DNA of 64,000 nucleotides from an uncultured Candidatus Rokubacteria bacterium (GTDB lineage Bacteria > Methylomirabilota > Methylomirabilia > Rokubacteriales > CSP1-6): NCBI GenBank assembly GCA_963758635.1, contig CAVWWD010000003.1, forward strand, positions 640,001-704,000. Direction: 5' to 3'. Shown piece by piece: positions 60,324 through 64,000 of the stretch. The position numbers and the translations under genes were made by a program. Position 1 is the stretch's first letter, and every line of letters begins with the position of its first letter. Below the pieces are notes generated by a model. The model saw only the letters and a list, made by a program, of their open reading frames with translations, was not told the DNA's origin and made no database searches.

Positions 60324-60881
60324 TCAGCCGGAGGAGGTCGGCGCCGGCGCCGGAGGCTCCGGCGTCATCGCCACGGTGACCATGGCGGGCCGCACCACGC
60401 GCCCGTTGAGGAGGTAGCCTCGGGCGGTCTCGCCGACCACCGTCATCTCCGGCTGGCCGGCCGCGGGCACGCGGGCGACGGCTTCGTGGCGCTCCGGATC
60501 GAACGGGCTCCCCACCGAGGCGAACGGGACCACGCCGAACTTCTCGAGCACGCGCAGCATCTCGCGCTGGATGAGCTCCACGCCGGTCGTCACGCTCGCC
60601 GCGCCGGCGTCACCGCGGGCGGCCTGGAGCGCGCGGTCGAGGTTGTCGAGGACGGGCAGGAGATCCCGGATCAGGCTCTCGTTCGCGTTCTTGATCAGCT
60701 CCTCGCGCTCGCGCGCGGAGCGTTTCCGGGCGTTGTCGAACTCCGCCATCGCCCGCAGGTAGCGCTCGTGGTTGGCCTCGGCCTCGCGGGTCCTGGCCTC
60801 GAGGGCCTCCCGGAGCTGGGCCACGTCCCGGTCGTCGGAGGGAGCGGTCGCGTCGTCACGGTCGAGGTCGTTGTCACTCAT
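60324..60881 (-). CDS. grpE: Nucleotide exchange factor GrpE
   Basis: [42 protein letters not shown]. Confidence 0.95.
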   Translation of the reverse strand: MSDNDLDRDDATAPSDDRDVAQLREALEARTREAEANHERYLRAMAEFDNARKRSAREREELIKNANESLIRDLLPVLDNLDRALQAARGDAGAASVTTGVELIQREMLRVLEKFGVVPFASVGSPFDPERHEAVARVPAAGQPEMTVVGETARGYLLNGRVVRPAMVTVAMTPEPPAPAPTSSG

Positions 60882-60927
60882 GGCAACGGTCAAGTATAGC
60901 AGGCGGTCCGGTCGTCGCTTGTGCGGG

Positions 60928-61968
60928 TCAGGACGGCAGGTAGAGGTCGCGCCGCACGCGGGACAGCGACGAGGACACGAGCCGGGCCGTCTCGTCGACG
61001 AGGGAGATCACCTCCGAATAGGCCATCCGCCGCGGGCCCACCACGCCGAGGACGCCGAGCACCTGGTCGCGATACGTGTAGGTGGAGGTGATCAGGCTGT
61101 ACTCCCGCATCTCCTCCACCGGGTTCTCGCCGCCGATGAGCACCTGGATGCCGCGCTCCTGGGCCATGCGCGACAGGAGGTCGATGAGCCGCGCCTTCTC
61201 CTCGAAGGCCCTCAGCAGGCCCTTGATGGCGCCCACGTCGGAGAGGTCGGGGTGGTCGAGCATGTTGGTGGCGCCGCTGATGTAGAGCGTGCGGGCCCGG
61301 AGCAGGGCGTTCACCTGCTCGATGATCGAGCGGCTGCTCCGCGTCCAGAGCGGATCCAGGGGATCGGCGGGCGCGGCCATGTCGTCGAGGATCTCCTGCA
61401 GCGTCTTGCCGCGATAGCGCCGGGTCAGGGCGCGGCCGAGCTCGCGCAGGTCGTCTCCCCCATGCGCTCCGTCGGGCGTGAGCGGCGCGGTGGTCACCCA
61501 GCCCGTGTCGGTGACGACCACGGCGAGCGCGCGGCCGTCGCCGAGCGGGAGCAGGTCGAGGCGGCTCAGGACGGTCTGCTTGAGCGGCGGCGCGAGGAGG
61601 ATGCCGGTCATGTGCGTGCCCGCCGAGAGCTGAACGGGCGTCCCTGCCATGAGCTGCTCCACGGGGCCCTGCCGCGCGGGAGGCGCCTCCGGCGGGGCGC
61701 TGCCGGCCCACGGCACGCGGCCGAGCGCGTCGACGTAGAAGCGGTATGCCTTGTCGGTGGGCACGCGGCCGGCCGAGGTGTGGGGCTGGCTCAGATAGCC
61801 CATCTCCTCGAGGTCGGCCATGACGTTGCGGATGGTCGCCGCGGACAGGCCGCGCATGTGACGGCGGGCCACGGAGCGTGAGCTCACCGGCTCGGCGCTC
61901 TCCACGTAGTCCGCGATCACCGCCAGCAGGACCTGACGGCTGCGCTCGTCCAGCACGCTTGCGGGCAT
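60928..61968 (-). CDS. hrcA: Heat-inducible transcription repressor HrcA
   Basis: SAATIRNVMADLE, QPHTSAGRVPT, GPRRMAY. Confidence 0.95.
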   Translation of the reverse strand: MPASVLDERSRQVLLAVIADYVESAEPVSSRSVARRHMRGLSAATIRNVMADLEEMGYLSQPHTSAGRVPTDKAYRFYVDALGRVPWAGSAPPEAPPARQGPVEQLMAGTPVQLSAGTHMTGILLAPPLKQTVLSRLDLLPLGDGRALAVVVTDTGWVTTAPLTPDGAHGGDDLRELGRALTRRYRGKTLQEILDDMAAPADPLDPLWTRSSRSIIEQVNALLRARTLYISGATNMLDHPDLSDVGAIKGLLRAFEEKARLIDLLSRMAQERGIQVLIGGENPVEEMREYSLITSTYTYRDQVLGVLGVVGPRRMAYSEVISLVDETARLVSSSLSRVRRDLYLPS

Positions 61969-61990
61969 CGTCCCGGTATCGTAGCACCAA

Positions 61991-62059
61991 GGTGCGGGCA
62001 CCCGGCCTTCGGCCGCCCGATCACCAGGTGCGGGCACCCGGCCTTCGGCCGCCCGCACC
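61991..62059. repeat. Two tandem REP-like hairpins (36-bp period)
   Basis: GGTGCGGGCACCCGGCCTTCGGCCGCCCG at 61991 and 62027. Confidence 0.85.
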
Positions 62060-62131
62060 GTGCGTCGACACATCGCGTGTGGTGTGCGCGTTCAGGATAC
62101 GCTCGCTCGCACCTCGCGTAGTCGGACCCGA

Positions 62132-63319
62132 CTAGACCAGCTCTGAGAACAGGGTGTCGGAGAGGAGGAAGCCGTCCTCGGTGAGGTGGACGCGGCCGGC
62201 GGTGTGCCGGAGGAGGCCGAGATCGGTCCACGAGGCGATCACCGAGGGGAGACGGCCGGGGTCGAGGTCGATGCGCTCGTCGAGCCAGCTCTCCGGAACG
62301 CCCTCGACGAGGCGGAGGCCCAGCATGAGGCGCTCGGCCAGAGTCTGACGGGGCGTGAGGCGCTCGTGAGTGGCCACGGGCAGCCGACCGCTCTCGAGCG
62401 TGGCGCAGTAGCGCTCCACGGCCTTGACGTTGCCGTACCGGACGCCGCCGAGGTAGCCGCAGGCGCCGGGACCGAGGGCCAGGTACTCCTCGGCGTGCCA
62501 GTAGATCTGGTTGTGCTGGGAGCGCCGGCCCGGCCCCGCGTAGTTCGAGACCTCGTAGTGCTCGAGCCCGGCCGCGCGCGTCCGGCGTGTCAGGGCCCGG
62601 TACTGCGCCGCCGCCTCGTCGTCGGAGGGGAGCCCGGCCGTGGTCTCGGGGCGCCAGAGGCTGCCCTCGTCGAGGGTGAGCGCGTAGGCGGAGAGATGGT
62701 CCGGCCGCCACGCGAGCGCCTCGTCGAGCGTCCGCTCCCAGGCCCCCGCGCCGAGCTCCGGCAGGCCGTACATCAGGTCGAGGCTCACGTTGTCGAAGCC
62801 GGCCGCGCGCGCCGCCGCGAAGGCCTCACGCGCCTGGGCCGCGGTGTGGAGGCGGTCGATGCGCGGCAGGAGCGCGTCGTCGAGGGTCTGCACGCCGAGG
62901 CTGATGCGGCTGACGCCGGCGGCCCGGAAGCCTTCGAGCCGCTCGCGCGTGAGGCCGTCGGGGTTGCATTCCACGGTGACCTCGAGGCCCGCCGCGAGCG
63001 ACAGGCGCGCGCGCAGGCGGTCCAGGATGGCCGCGAGCTGCTCGGGCGCGAGCAGCGACGGCGTGCCGCCGCCGAAGAACACGGTGGACGCGCGCACCGC
63101 GGGCGCCCATCCCGCCTCGGCCGCCGCGTCGATCTCGGCGAGGACGGCGCGGACGAAGCGCGGGACCGCGCGCTCGAGGTAGGGGGCGGTGTTGAACGAG
63201 CAGTAGCCGCAGCGCTTGATGCAGAACGGGACGTGGACGTACACGCCGAGCGCGGACGCCCGCGGTGTCCAGTCGAGGACGGGCCGGTCCGGGGTTGCGG
63301 CCCCGCCTACGGCAGCCAC
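62132..63319 (-). CDS. hemW: Radical SAM heme chaperone HemW (HemN-like)
   Basis: YVHVPFCIKRCGYCSF, GGGTPS, YEVSNY, HNQIYW. Confidence 0.92.
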   Translation of the reverse strand: MAAVGGAATPDRPVLDWTPRASALGVYVHVPFCIKRCGYCSFNTAPYLERAVPRFVRAVLAEIDAAAEAGWAPAVRASTVFFGGGTPSLLAPEQLAAILDRLRARLSLAAGLEVTVECNPDGLTRERLEGFRAAGVSRISLGVQTLDDALLPRIDRLHTAAQAREAFAAARAAGFDNVSLDLMYGLPELGAGAWERTLDEALAWRPDHLSAYALTLDEGSLWRPETTAGLPSDDEAAAQYRALTRRTRAAGLEHYEVSNYAGPGRRSQHNQIYWHAEEYLALGPGACGYLGGVRYGNVKAVERYCATLESGRLPVATHERLTPRQTLAERLMLGLRLVEGVPESWLDERIDLDPGRLPSVIASWTDLGLLRHTAGRVHLTEDGFLLSDTLFSELV

Positions 63320-63990
63320 TGCGCCAGCCGGCGCCAGCGCATCCAGTGCCGGTCCGCGTCCCAGGACCAGTAGATCAGGAAGGCCTTGCCACGGATCTTC
63401 TCGCGCTTGACGAAGCCCCAGTAACGGCTGTCCTGGGAGTTGTCCCGGTTGTCGCCCATGACGAAGTACGACCCGGGGGGCACCGGGATCGGATCGCAGC
63501 CGTAGAGGTACCCGCAGTGCGTGGACGGCACGCTCGGGATCGATCCCGGCCGCACGTGCGGCTCGGTGATGGCCTGGCCGTTCACGAAGACGCGGTTGTC
63601 GCGCACCTGCACGGTCTCGCCCCCGACGGCGACGATGCGCTTGATGAAGTCGCGCGACTCGTCGTTCGGGTACTTGAACACGACGATGTCGCCGCGGACG
63701 GGATCCCGGAGCCCCGGCAGATGGGTGTCGGTGAAGGGGATCTCGGCCCCGTACAGGAACTTGTTGACGAGGATGTAGTCGCCGATGAGCAGCGTGTCCA
63801 TCATCGAGCCCGACGGGATCGTGAAGGCCTGCACCACGAAGGCCCGGATCACGAGGGCGAGGAGCACCGCGACGACGATCGCCTCGCCGTACTCCCGGAC
63901 GAGCGACTTGCGGCGCGGCCGGGCGATCTCCTCCGCCGGGGCGGGCGTGGGGGCCGGGGCGGTGTCGGGGCGTGTCTCGGTCTCGTTCAC
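63307..63990 (-). CDS. lepB: Signal peptidase I
   Basis: IPSGSM, DFIKR, GDNRDNSQDSRYWG. Confidence 0.96.
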   Translation of the reverse strand: MNETETRPDTAPAPTPAPAEEIARPRRKSLVREYGEAIVVAVLLALVIRAFVVQAFTIPSGSMMDTLLIGDYILVNKFLYGAEIPFTDTHLPGLRDPVRGDIVVFKYPNDESRDFIKRIVAVGGETVQVRDNRVFVNGQAITEPHVRPGSIPSVPSTHCGYLYGCDPIPVPPGSYFVMGDNRDNSQDSRYWGFVKREKIRGKAFLIYWSWDADRHWMRWRRLAQWLP

Positions 63991-64000
63991 TCGCCTACTG

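Noticed and set aside
63987..64000. Possible 3' end of lepA (…VGE*) overlapping the lepB start
   Set aside because: Only four codons visible; plausible from synteny but not supportable

Overview
Very GC-rich bacterial chromosomal segment, with most genes on the minus strand. Gene content and repeat style suggest a Rokubacteria/Methylomirabilota-like lineage (inference only). Scattered frameshifts, densest at 7.9-12.3 kb, suggest an imperfectly polished long-read assembly. Left to right: formyltransferase, ComM, Spy/CpxP-like gene; a Liv-type ABC transporter with class III aminotransferase, DinB, DapA-like and isochorismatase genes; yraN-rnhB-rplS-trmD-rimM-rpsP-ffh; rpe-rsmB-(orphan MbtH)-fmt-def; an in-frame UDG/PriA ORF; coaBC-rpoZ-gmk-yicC; a PyrR-attenuated pyr operon ending in a degenerate Hpt; an amidohydrolase-DUF1116-FdrA-DUF2877 cluster; two histidine kinases with a single-domain receiver and a REC-adenylate cyclase; ntrX-ntrY-DUF4390-lpxC with a candidate sigma-54 promoter; archease-rsmE-prmA-dnaJ-grpE-hrcA-hemW-lepB. 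Non-coding DNA holds three dispersed repeat families and a 37-bp tandem repeat that forms a chain of overlapping mini-ORFs between dnaJ and prmA. No CRISPR array, rRNA, tRNA or transposase was recognised.
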